From NCBI GenBank assembly GCA_002335495.1, contig DDBW01000006.1:72-64071 (forward strand): a stretch of 64,000 nucleotides of DNA. Direction: 5' to 3'. A program made the position numbers and the translations under genes. The stretch comes from Candidatus Dojkabacteria bacterium UBA2022 (GTDB lineage Bacteria > Patescibacteriota > Dojkabacteria > SC72). The notes beneath the pieces are model-generated. The model searched no databases, was not told where the DNA came from, and saw only the letters and a list, made by a program, of their open reading frames with translations. How positions within the stretch are numbered: the stretch's first letter is position 1; the number at the start of each line of letters is the position of its first letter. Shown here piece by piece: positions 28,317-36,838 of this stretch.

Positions 28317-28371
28317 CGGTTTGATTAGGCTGCACCAGTCTTCCTTGGGTGCAGCCAAGGTATAAGTTTTA

Positions 28372-28911
28372 ATGAAATGTAGTTTGGAAGAAGTAATTAT
28401 TGAGGATAAAAAGGAGAAAGATTATATAAAAACTCTTGTGTACACCCTATTGGGGTTACTATTACTTCTGCTTGCATTTGGAGCCTATGTAAATCGTGAG
28501 CAGATTGCCAAATATAGTATTTATATTGTTCAGTCCGGATCCATGCGTCCAGCCTTAAGAGAAGGAGACCTGATATTCACATATAAAAGTGATGATTACT
28601 CTAAAAATGACATTATCACTTTCAAATCATTAAATAAGCAGGTAATTACACATCGACTTATTGATGTGCTTGATAATGGAAACTATAGAACGAAAGGAGA
28701 TTACAATTCCGTTGTAGATATTGATGAAGTTTCTAAAAAGCGAGTGCTAGGTGAGTATCTCTTTAAGATTCCTCTAATTGGTTACCTCTTCAACTTTATT
28801 AAATCTGATGTCGGTCTTATTCTGCTTGTTTTTGTACCGTGTACGATTTTGATCTATGAAGAAATTAAAAAAATTAAAAGTGAAATTAAAAAGCTTAAAT
28901 CTAAAAAATAG
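28372..28911 (+). CDS. Signal peptidase I, SipW/archaeal-ER type (S26B)
   Basis: SGSMRPALREGDLI catalytic Ser box; N-terminal TM; 179 aa. Confidence 0.75.
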   Translation: MKCSLEEVIIEDKKEKDYIKTLVYTLLGLLLLLLAFGAYVNREQIAKYSIYIVQSGSMRPALREGDLIFTYKSDDYSKNDIITFKSLNKQVITHRLIDVLDNGNYRTKGDYNSVVDIDEVSKKRVLGEYLFKIPLIGYLFNFIKSDVGLILLVFVPCTILIYEEIKKIKSEIKKLKSKK

Positions 28912-29548
28912 TTGGGTTGTAGCTATTGTTACTGTAATTATTATGGTTTTTGTTACAGATACCCAGGCGCAGTTCGCAGCCCGTAGGGTAGTTGGGGGTA
29001 ATACTGTTAGAGCTGCCTCTCTCGACTTTCTCCCGCAAGTTATCGAGGTTAGTAATCTTCGTTCTTCTCTCAACACAGGTAGTCATGAAAGTTTTAAACT
29101 GGATATTCATAACACTAAACAACTTCCTATAAAAGCTTTCGTGACGGCAAATTCTCTCCCTGCTAGCTGTAGGTTGTTGAAAGTAAGGGTTATGGATTAT
29201 AGAGGAGGAGTTCTGTATGAGGGGAATTTAGAAGATCTGGTTATCAATACAGGTGTAATTAAATTTGGAGGAAGGGTAGAGTATAGTTTCGATATCTCGT
29301 CCGATTCACATGATAGTGTTACATGTAGAATTCCCTTGAGTATTACAGCTTGGCAGTCAATATTTACAACTCCAAGGTTTGGTTATGTCGTCGTTAGAAG
29401 AGTGTATAGAAACGTGACCTTTATAAATATCCCTGAGGAAGTACCAGAGGAAGTCACAGAAGGGGGTATTTCTGTCTCCGACCGCGTTGGGGTAGAACGG
29501 GAGGTTAGTATTGAAACTGTTGAAACAATAAATGCTGATTCAAATTAA
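28856..29548 (+). CDS. Second SipW-cognate-signal-peptide protein; 5' end overlaps sipW in another frame
   Basis: KNSWVVAIVTVIIMVFVTDTQAQFAARRVVGGNTVRAASLDF is an n-h signal region followed by the same [FV]TD...GN...LD motif. True start may be the GTG near 28880. Confidence 0.5.
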   Translation: MKKLKKLKVKLKSLNLKNSWVVAIVTVIIMVFVTDTQAQFAARRVVGGNTVRAASLDFLPQVIEVSNLRSSLNTGSHESFKLDIHNTKQLPIKAFVTANSLPASCRLLKVRVMDYRGGVLYEGNLEDLVINTGVIKFGGRVEYSFDISSDSHDSVTCRIPLSITAWQSIFTTPRFGYVVVRRVYRNVTFINIPEEVPEEVTEGGISVSDRVGVEREVSIETVETINADSN

Positions 29549-29590
29549 GCCTTTAAGTATCGCTCCCAGAGTTGTTTGTAGAATCTTGGT

Positions 29591-30061
29591 TTAATTGTAA
29601 GGATTTTCAGGTTGCTTACCTAAAGTACTACCTTGATAATATTTAATTGCTTCTATTTCTGATTCCCATGTATTTTGATCATTTAATTCTTCTAACGTAA
29701 ATAATTTTGTTTTCATTGGTGAGTTTGAAATTATTTCTTCTGCCTCTTCTAAACTAATTTCAATTTGAAATAAAGTGTTTATCATCATACTGCCATCTTT
29801 AAATAAACTATCAAAGAATAGCTCTTCTGTATTAGCTGTTTCTATTTTTAATCCTACTTCTTCTTTTAACTCTCTTTTAAGCCCTTCAAGTAATGATTCA
29901 TTAATATGTACATGTCCACCGGGATGTTTATATTTCTTAGCTCCTTCATTCAGAACCATTAGGTATTTATTACCAACTACTATTAGTGCACTAGCTCTTA
30001 GACTAAATGACTTTACTGTGCCATTATCTGAAATAAATGTGTTTTTTCTGAACTCTCTCAT
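29591..30061 (-). CDS. NUDIX hydrolase
   Basis: GGHVHINESLLEGLKRELKEEVGL Nudix box. Confidence 0.75.
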   Translation of the reverse strand: MREFRKNTFISDNGTVKSFSLRASALIVVGNKYLMVLNEGAKKYKHPGGHVHINESLLEGLKRELKEEVGLKIETANTEELFFDSLFKDGSMMINTLFQIEISLEEAEEIISNSPMKTKLFTLEELNDQNTWESEIEAIKYYQGSTLGKQPENPYN

Positions 30062-30069
30062 TAGATTGG

Positions 30070-30651
30070 TTATTTAATAAATTTTGTAAAAGAATCTACT
30101 GAATCAATACTGTTTTCTAAAACCGCCTTGTAAATATCAATACTCTTTACCTTATCTTTATACTTAATTCCATCAAAGTATGCTTCTTTTATTTTTAGTA
30201 TAATTTCTCTCTTTTCAGGATGCTCTTTTAGAATCTTTTCAAACGATTCAATGCAAGAAAGTACTAATTTTGTATATTCCTCATCTGGCCTAAGGTACCA
30301 AATATCAAATTTCCATTTTTCATTATTCTTAACGACAATTAATTCCCAATAGTACCCTTTAGGAAAATCATTTTCTGGATATGTTTGATAATCCGCTACA
30401 GCTACTGTTTGAAATTTATTAGAATCCAGAAGTCGTTTGGTAACTTCCTTCGCTTTCGTATTATGAATGTCATCAGATAGGACAAACAAATCTATATCGT
30501 TTCTATACATAACATCTAACCTAAGACTACCAATTACCACCACTTTTCCAATTGAGGAAAATAACTCAAATGCTTTTACATCTTGCAGTATATCCAGTGC
30601 AGTTCTCTTTTTCCAATCTGTGTTATCAAGAAGTGTGTTGCTCATATACAT
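30070..30651 (-). CDS. Nucleotidyltransferase (Pol-beta-superfamily NTase) domain protein
   Basis: VVVIGSLRLDVMYRNDIDLFVL, the GS...D.D motif. Confidence 0.6.
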   Translation of the reverse strand: MYMSNTLLDNTDWKKRTALDILQDVKAFELFSSIGKVVVIGSLRLDVMYRNDIDLFVLSDDIHNTKAKEVTKRLLDSNKFQTVAVADYQTYPENDFPKGYYWELIVVKNNEKWKFDIWYLRPDEEYTKLVLSCIESFEKILKEHPEKREIILKIKEAYFDGIKYKDKVKSIDIYKAVLENSIDSVDSFTKFIK

Positions 30652-30734
30652 AAAGTACTTCTTTATTTGAAAATAATCAATTAAATAAATGTTCGGAATC
30701 TGTTAGAAGGGTAGGCGGTGATAAATAGTAGTTG

Positions 30735-30815
30735 ACCTTATTAATAAAGAATTATTTCACCTTCGGGGGAATTGTGAAAAGGTATGGCGGGACATACGAG
30801 TCTGGAACCTATGTC
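30735..30815. repeat. Direct-repeat copy of the tRNA-Asp 3' flank (att-like), ending in a GACATA-N13-TATGTC hairpin that overlaps the methyltransferase stop codon
   Basis: About 80% identity over ~75 nt with 40088..40156 (ttaataa.ag.at.atttca..ttcgggg.aatt.tgaaaa.gtatggcgg). Confidence 0.5.
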
Positions 30816-31543
30816 TTTGTTATTACTGCGGCATATGTTGGATCATTAGCACTGAAATGTTTCTCTACTTTCCATCCGGTCTTTTTCAGAAGATCTTCTA
30901 ATTCTAACTGTGAAGTAAGAAGGTATTCAATCCAATCGCTTTCATAATCTTCAGCTTTAATTTTAATTCGTACTTGTCCGGGCATTCGACCCTTATTCGT
31001 ATTAAACTTGTGATAGTTTAGGTGTTCAGGGTCATCTGTTTGGTAGGGGTCTAATCCATCTCCAATTATTCTCGCATGCTCAGAAGTAATTTGGTGTAGC
31101 CTTTCTAAGGTTTTTTGTGCTAACTCTTTATTTCCTAGCAACCCAAGTCCAAGTCCGAAGAGGACCACAGTATCAAACTTCTCTCCATTTAATATATTAA
31201 TTTCTTCTATTGGAATAACTCGGGCATCTTTAACCCCTCTTTTTTTGCATACTTCAACTGCAAGTGGCGAATTATCGATTGCCGTTACTTCATGCCCTTT
31301 ATCTTGTAAATACATGGAAACGCGTCCCGCACCTGCTCCAATATCTAATACCTTACCTTGGGTGAACTGTATTGCTTCTTGTTGAACATGTGGCCAATCC
31401 TTGAATTCTGAAAAATAAGCAGGTGAGTATTGCGACTTTTCAGTGTGACCGTCATCTCTTTCTATTATTTGAGTTGGATTCTTGCCATTATAGGCATCTA
31501 GGAGATATTTCCCATATGCATCTGTTTTGTCATTAGTGGTCAT
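30809..31543 (-). CDS. Class I SAM-dependent methyltransferase
   Basis: VLDIGAGAGRVSMYL motif I. Confidence 0.75.
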   Translation of the reverse strand: MTTNDKTDAYGKYLLDAYNGKNPTQIIERDDGHTEKSQYSPAYFSEFKDWPHVQQEAIQFTQGKVLDIGAGAGRVSMYLQDKGHEVTAIDNSPLAVEVCKKRGVKDARVIPIEEINILNGEKFDTVVLFGLGLGLLGNKELAQKTLERLHQITSEHARIIGDGLDPYQTDDPEHLNYHKFNTNKGRMPGQVRIKIKAEDYESDWIEYLLTSQLELEDLLKKTGWKVEKHFSANDPTYAAVITKT

Positions 31544-31618
31544 ATAGGAGAGATTATATCAGAAGAAATTTCAGGGTACTAATAGAATAAGGGAATAACT
31601 GTAGTACAAAAAGCTTCT

Positions 31619-31800
31619 ACCTTCGAACAAAGGAGTACTAAAAACTGCTCAAAATATGGATATTTTCATCCACCAGGATGTGAAATTGATAATTAACTTT
31701 TTAAGAGGAAAATAGTGAAGCAACCAAGGGATTCCTAGAGATAGTGGACGGGTCTTGTCGCAACCTTGAAAGAATAGCGGGACATATGAGTCTGGTACCA
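31619..31800. repeat. Intergenic repeat family L, copy 1 (~180 nt)
   Basis: Shares a 55-nt identical core (gaagcaaccaagggattcctagagatagtggacgggtcttgtcgcaaccttgaaa) plus flanking similarity with 35677..35862. Confidence 0.5.
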
Positions 31801-31816
31801 TGTTGTATAATGAAGT

Positions 31817-32284
31817 ATGAAGATATATTTAACAGGAAGTTCAGGTAGCGGAAAAACTACGTATGCTAAAAAGTTAGCAGAATTAACAGGGGTGAGTTTA
31901 TATTCCACGGATGACTTTTATAATGAAAAAGATAAAAGGATGTTCACATTAGACGAGATTATGGCTGTTGTACCAATAGATTCTGATTGGGTTATTGAAG
32001 GGGCATATTACATTCCAGAATATATTAAAGCAGCAGACAAGGTGATTTATATAAGAATTGGTCCTATTAAGACTGCATGGAGGATTGTTAAAAGATGGAT
32101 GCAGAATAACGACTTGAGAAAGAAGTTTACACTTTCAGAAACACTTAAACTTGTTTATACAACTGTTCGTGATATGTATATTAGTGATGATGTTGATTTG
32201 AATTCTCCAGAGCAGAGGCATTATAAAGAAAGGGATAGGTATCTACTTTGCAAAAATAACGCAAAAGTATTAGAAGTGTTATAG
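31817..32284 (+). CDS. P-loop kinase-like protein (adenylate-kinase/topology-modulation FlaR-like)
   Basis: MKIYLTGSSGSGKTT Walker A at the N-terminus; 155 aa. Confidence 0.55.
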   Translation: MKIYLTGSSGSGKTTYAKKLAELTGVSLYSTDDFYNEKDKRMFTLDEIMAVVPIDSDWVIEGAYYIPEYIKAADKVIYIRIGPIKTAWRIVKRWMQNNDLRKKFTLSETLKLVYTTVRDMYISDDVDLNSPEQRHYKERDRYLLCKNNAKVLEVL

Positions 32285-32307
32285 ATGTGTATGTTTCTCC
32301 TATGAAT

Positions 32308-32364
32308 ATGGTGGGACATACACGTCTGGAACCCAAAATGAGACAAAAGAGACATATAAAAAAG
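32308..32364. repeat. Intergenic repeat family S, copy 1 (~60 nt)
   Basis: ggGACATAcacGTCTGGAACCcAAAATGAGACAAAagAGACAtATAAAAAAG; near-identical copy at 35174..35232. Confidence 0.45.
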
Positions 32365-32434
32365 TAGTAGATTGTGTCTCAGAAGAAAAGGTAGCCCTCA
32401 ATTTTTGGTTGAGGGCTATCCCTTTTGTTCTTTG

Positions 32435-32947
32435 TTATGCGTTTTGAAGTTGTTCGAGATATTCGAGAAGCTTTTCGAGAGCATCAATTGTATTTTCCAA
32501 TTGACTGTTTGACATTGCTGTCAAAGACCGCTCAAGATAAATCTTCCCTTCCTTTTCTTGAATCAACATCAATCCGCTCCAGCCTAAGCCGTTTTCTCCG
32601 CCATCAAAAAGCAATGGTACCACGGTATATTGTGGTGAGGAGTAAACAGACATAGGTGGTGTCTCAACTTCAGTTATCAGGTGCTTTATGGTCACATATC
32701 CGTTCGCATCCACTTTTACATGGTATACGTATTGCATCGGATAGTTGACCGCGGTCACTTTTAAACCATCATAGGGAACTTCTTCCCAGTTCATCGGCGT
32801 ATTGGTTGCCGTGTAGATGGTTTCGACCATTAAATTCACCCGAGTTTGAAGTTCGCTTGGAGTAGAATCTGGAGTCGGCGACGCCGGCTCGGGCTTTCCG
32901 CCACAAGCTGTAATAACAAAGAGCAATAAAACTAGGAACTTCTTCAT
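32435..32947 (-). CDS. Lipoprotein (signal peptide II, lipobox ITAC), unknown function; GC-richer than neighbours
   Basis: MKKFLVLLLFVITACGG; local GC about 45%. Confidence 0.5.
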   Translation of the reverse strand: MKKFLVLLLFVITACGGKPEPASPTPDSTPSELQTRVNLMVETIYTATNTPMNWEEVPYDGLKVTAVNYPMQYVYHVKVDANGYVTIKHLITEVETPPMSVYSSPQYTVVPLLFDGGENGLGWSGLMLIQEKEGKIYLERSLTAMSNSQLENTIDALEKLLEYLEQLQNA

Positions 32948-33071
32948 GAGTCACCTCTTGTTTTTTTAGTACCCTTTTCAGGATCCAAGTTATTATACCA
33001 TCCTATAGTATGACTGCGCACTAGTAGGATAATATGTTTCAGAAAATATGGGATTGTGATAGATTGTAATT

Positions 33072-33998
33072 ATGAAGACAACACCATTCTTTAGTAAGGA
33101 AATCAAAGTAGGTAGGATATTTAAGGCTTTAGGTGTTTCTTTGCTCTGTCTCGTTTCTATTACCACGGTTTTTACATTTGGTTATGATTCTCTTTTAACC
33201 TTATATAGTAAATATTCGGCTGCTTCGTATGTAAAGAACTCGGAAGTATTGGGTGTTGAGGATATGGCTGAGTTTACAGGCTCATATGGTGATTATAAGT
33301 ATGATGAAGCAGTCTGGGACTTTGAGATGGACAGAGAAGGGTATTACAAACTTGATGAGTTAATTACATACCCTGAGTTCTACCTTCCAGTAAATAAAGG
33401 GGCTGTTAAGGAAACTTGGTTATTAAAAGGACAAAGAAAACTAAACCTATCCTGTCCTGACTTGAGCAAAGAACTGGTTGTGGCAGGTAACTCATATGGT
33501 TGTACCCTTACTTACAATAATCAAGTGTTAAATAAGAATGTAAGGATGATTGGGACTTGCGATGATGTTGATAAACAAACAGGATGTAGTCTAGAAGTTG
33601 CATTTAGGGTCTATTCAAATAGATGGGGTTCAAGTAATGCAAATGAATACATAGTTACCTATGAGTGGGCTACTGGCTCCAAAGATGAAATAAGTGTTTA
33701 TAAACTAAGTGATGGAAAATCAACCCATCTTAAATTCAATGAAGATGGTAGAGTTGAAGATAAATGGTTTATTTCTTCATATGCTTCAGAGTTGTATGGA
33801 AAATATACAACTTGGGAGAATAAAGTAGATTTTAACGATGAAGTTGAACTTGTTACATTATTACATGAACCGAGCATGGGTAGTGGAAATAATCTCGAGA
33901 ATATATTCAAAATTTGGAAGGTTAAAGATAGTCAACTTATACGAATAAAGACCGTTTTTGATTTGTATAGAGACGATGAGGGGAGGTACTGGAATTAG
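33072..33998 (+). CDS. Hypothetical membrane-anchored extracytoplasmic protein
   Basis: N-terminal TM; 308 aa ORF. Confidence 0.4.
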   Translation: MKTTPFFSKEIKVGRIFKALGVSLLCLVSITTVFTFGYDSLLTLYSKYSAASYVKNSEVLGVEDMAEFTGSYGDYKYDEAVWDFEMDREGYYKLDELITYPEFYLPVNKGAVKETWLLKGQRKLNLSCPDLSKELVVAGNSYGCTLTYNNQVLNKNVRMIGTCDDVDKQTGCSLEVAFRVYSNRWGSSNANEYIVTYEWATGSKDEISVYKLSDGKSTHLKFNEDGRVEDKWFISSYASELYGKYTTWENKVDFNDEVELVTLLHEPSMGSGNNLENIFKIWKVKDSQLIRIKTVFDLYRDDEGRYWN

Positions 33999-34018
33999 CT
34001 ATTAATATAATTACTAGT

Positions 34019-35008
34019 ATGAAAATGACAAGGGAACAGGCACTTCGTACTCTTGGACTTGGGAAATCTCCTACTAGAGGAGAGATTACTTCCGCGTATC
34101 GAAAGCTTGTGAGCAAATTGCATCCGGATAAAAATTCTTCAAATTTAAGTAAATTTTTAGAGACTAAAGAAGCCTACGAATTTCTTAAAAAAGTAGGAAT
34201 AAAAAAGGGGCTTTCGGAGATTCGAGAGCTAATCTGCCCGTTTTGTTACGCTAATCTTACACTTTCGTTAGCAGAAAGGCGTAGAGATTGTGATATTGTC
34301 TGCCCACAATGCAAGAAGGACTTCTCTCTGGATTATGGCCTCGCTTTTTATTCTTCTTTGTCTACAATCACTTCTGGCAACTGTCCTTCCTGTAATACTA
34401 GTCTAGCATTTGATGTGAATGCTCGTGTTCCTGGAAGACTTATCTCCTGTGCTAATTGCAATGAGGAGTTTTATATCAATGAGATAAATGGAGAGGGGTT
34501 ACTGCCAAATACTCCTATGTTTTGTAGCTCGTGCTATGAACCTTTGGTGTTAAACCTCAAAGAAAGAAGAGGTGATTGTGACATATTTTGTTCAAGTTGC
34601 AATACTGAAACAAAATTTCGGGAGTTCGTTCTATTCAACACCAGCTTGAGCCCATATACACAAGGAGAATGCCCTAATTGTTGTGTGAAATTACAGTTCC
34701 CGATTGGATCAAGAATTCCCGATGAGTTAATAGAATGTCCCGATTGCAAGGAATCTTTTTACTTAGAAGAGGCTGAGAATCTTACAAGTGAGGCGATTGA
34801 GCAAAGTATTGCGCATAAACGCCGAGATATAAGGCTCATAGAAGGGCGTAACCAATTTAATAGGGGGCTTCTGGTACTGGCCATTGGAATAGTTGTTACT
34901 TTTATTTCTTATTCTACTGCTGAAGATGGCGGGACATATATTCTTACTTCAGGGGCTATTTTTTGGGGGCTTTGGGATGTTATTGCTGGATTTTTAAAAA
35001 TGTCCTAG
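34019..35008 (+). CDS. J-domain protein with four zinc-ribbon repeats and a C-terminal TM anchor
   Basis: HPDKN J-domain motif; four Cxx(C)...CxxC modules of ~45 aa; hydrophobic tail LLVLAIGIVVTFISY. Confidence 0.6.
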   Translation: MKMTREQALRTLGLGKSPTRGEITSAYRKLVSKLHPDKNSSNLSKFLETKEAYEFLKKVGIKKGLSEIRELICPFCYANLTLSLAERRRDCDIVCPQCKKDFSLDYGLAFYSSLSTITSGNCPSCNTSLAFDVNARVPGRLISCANCNEEFYINEINGEGLLPNTPMFCSSCYEPLVLNLKERRGDCDIFCSSCNTETKFREFVLFNTSLSPYTQGECPNCCVKLQFPIGSRIPDELIECPDCKESFYLEEAENLTSEAIEQSIAHKRRDIRLIEGRNQFNRGLLVLAIGIVVTFISYSTAEDGGTYILTSGAIFWGLWDVIAGFLKMS

Positions 35009-35173
35009 CTTTTTACCCCGTATACTTATGTAATCCCATTATTTTTAGTTGCGGTAAAAGGTTTTTTTGAGCTAGAAGAAGTTATTTGGATTTTATGATG
35101 ATTTTTTAATTATAACTCAATCCCCATAAAGGTTTTTAAGCATAGTAAACGAGACTTGTTGGAACCTGTGAAG

Positions 35174-35232
35174 TATGGCGAGACATATGAGTCTGGAACC
35201 TAAAATGAGACAAATAAGACAGTATAAAAAAG
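35174..35232. repeat. Intergenic repeat family S, copy 2
   Basis: See 32308..32364. Confidence 0.45.
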
Positions 35233-35275
35233 GAAAGGGTGCTTGTAAAAAATTAAATTATGGTAGAATCCTAGA

Positions 35276-35668
35276 ATGAAAGTATACTTGGCAGGACAAC
35301 CTAGTGAATATGATAAGTGGAAAGAGAGCTTTAGGGAAGTTAAGGGTTTTGACTTTTATGACCCCGAGATAGATTCAGATCAATCCTCATCTGATACTTT
35401 CTTTCCCCAAGATCTTAAGGCAGTTTCAGAAGCGGATATCCTAATGGCGAATCCCGGCTTGGCTCCCTCGGAAGGTACATGGATAGAGATTGGATATTTC
35501 TTAGCTCTTAATACTGAAAAGCCTGGGGATAGATGTAATAGATTAATCATTATTTGGGATAAAGAAAGGATACCTTGGTCTATTGAATTTGTTAAGAAAG
35601 CAGGAATTATAGTATCAACTGTAGAGGAGGCAATAAATAAGCTAGAAGAAATTAGGTTGGAGAAATAA
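35276..35668 (+). CDS. Nucleoside 2-deoxyribosyltransferase-like protein
   Basis: MKVYLAG start and a WIEIGYFLAL Glu-containing motif in a ~130 aa Rossmann-like protein. Confidence 0.45.
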   Translation: MKVYLAGQPSEYDKWKESFREVKGFDFYDPEIDSDQSSSDTFFPQDLKAVSEADILMANPGLAPSEGTWIEIGYFLALNTEKPGDRCNRLIIIWDKERIPWSIEFVKKAGIIVSTVEEAINKLEEIRLEK

Positions 35669-35676
35669 GCGTTTCA

Positions 35677-35862
35677 CCTTCGAACCAAGGGTTATTAAAA
35701 CTCCCTCTTTTTTGACCTTTTTCATACACCAGGATACGAAATTGAGAATTAACTTTTTAAGGGGGAAATAATGAAGCAACCAAGGGATTCCTAGAGATAG
35801 TGGACGGGTCTTGTCGCAACCTTGAAAAAATGGCGAGGGATATGGAATGGTATCCGAACTTT
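35677..35862. repeat. Intergenic repeat family L, copy 2
   Basis: See 31619..31800. Ends with a GGATA-N8-TATCC hairpin + CGAACTTTTA, also found at ~39048..39078. Confidence 0.5.
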
Positions 35863-35923
35863 TAGCTCAAATAATTCAGTTAATTACTTAGCGATTCCAA
35901 AATTAATGAATTACAAATAGCCT

Positions 35924-36811
35924 CTATACTTCTTGTCCATTTAATTGACTGCGTATTTCTTTGGCTATTAAGTGAGTGAATTTATGACCTGGAACATCAA
36001 TCTTAAAATGTCCATTTATTCTATATCCAACTAATGCAAGATCTCCAATTGTGTCTAACATTTTATGCATTGCAGGCTCATTCTCAGCTTTTAATGGAGT
36101 TAAAAACTTTGATTCAGTAAATGTTATTACAGGTGATTGTCTAGGGTCTTCGGGAAGAGCTTTATAAACAGATCTTATTCCATTCCATTTAGTCAAATCA
36201 GTAGGATCTAGAGGTGATCTTAAAAAAGTTCTAGCCCATGATACTTTCTTCTCAAAATCATCATTCTCAGAATAATTTACAGTATATGTATTTATCGGGG
36301 CGGGGTATGGAGCTGTTAATTCTATAGATAATCCATTAGAATTTGAAGATAATGTTGCCTTTCTACCCTCAAATTCAGGCTGTTCAAAATAAAGATTTTC
36401 ATGTATCTCTACTACCGTCCTTTTAGCACCTTGTACAGTAATACCCGCTTCTTTTAATGCTTGTGCAAAAGGTTCAGCTGATCCATCCTGAGCTGGGATT
36501 ATTTTTTGATCCAGTTTAATTTCAATATTGTCAATTCCCATCCCCCAAATTGCTGCTAGAAGGTGTTCAACCATTAAGACTTCTGCATCGTCCTTTGTTA
36601 ATGATGTTGTGTGAAGCTCCGTGAAGTTCAAATAATCAGAAAGTGCAGGGATTTTTGTTCCATTAACATTAAAAACAATCCCTGTATTTACCTCGGCTGG
36701 AAGTAATTGCATAGATATCTTAGTAGAGGAAAAAAGAGACTGACCTTCAAAAGTTATTTCTTTAGCTATTGTTCTTTGAGATTTATTACTTTCTTTAAGG
36801 GATAATTTCAT
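35924..36811 (-). CDS. lpxC: UDP-3-O-acyl-N-acetylglucosamine deacetylase (LpxC) homolog
   Basis: VEHLLAAIWGMGIDNIEI (E-H pair), HKMLDTIGDL (His/Asp zinc ligands) and GH near the C-terminus align with E. coli LpxC catalytic positions. Confidence 0.7.
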   Translation of the reverse strand: MKLSLKESNKSQRTIAKEITFEGQSLFSSTKISMQLLPAEVNTGIVFNVNGTKIPALSDYLNFTELHTTSLTKDDAEVLMVEHLLAAIWGMGIDNIEIKLDQKIIPAQDGSAEPFAQALKEAGITVQGAKRTVVEIHENLYFEQPEFEGRKATLSSNSNGLSIELTAPYPAPINTYTVNYSENDDFEKKVSWARTFLRSPLDPTDLTKWNGIRSVYKALPEDPRQSPVITFTESKFLTPLKAENEPAMHKMLDTIGDLALVGYRINGHFKIDVPGHKFTHLIAKEIRSQLNGQEV

Positions 36812-36838
36812 ACGATTCCGTCCTATAATATGTTATAA

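Noticed and set aside
30785-30815. TGGCGGGACATACGAGTCTGGAACC read as a pseudo-tRNA 3' half
   Set aside because: Does not fold into T-arm plus acceptor; resembles the tRNA-Asp terminus only over ~6 nt; better explained as att-flank repeat plus hairpin.
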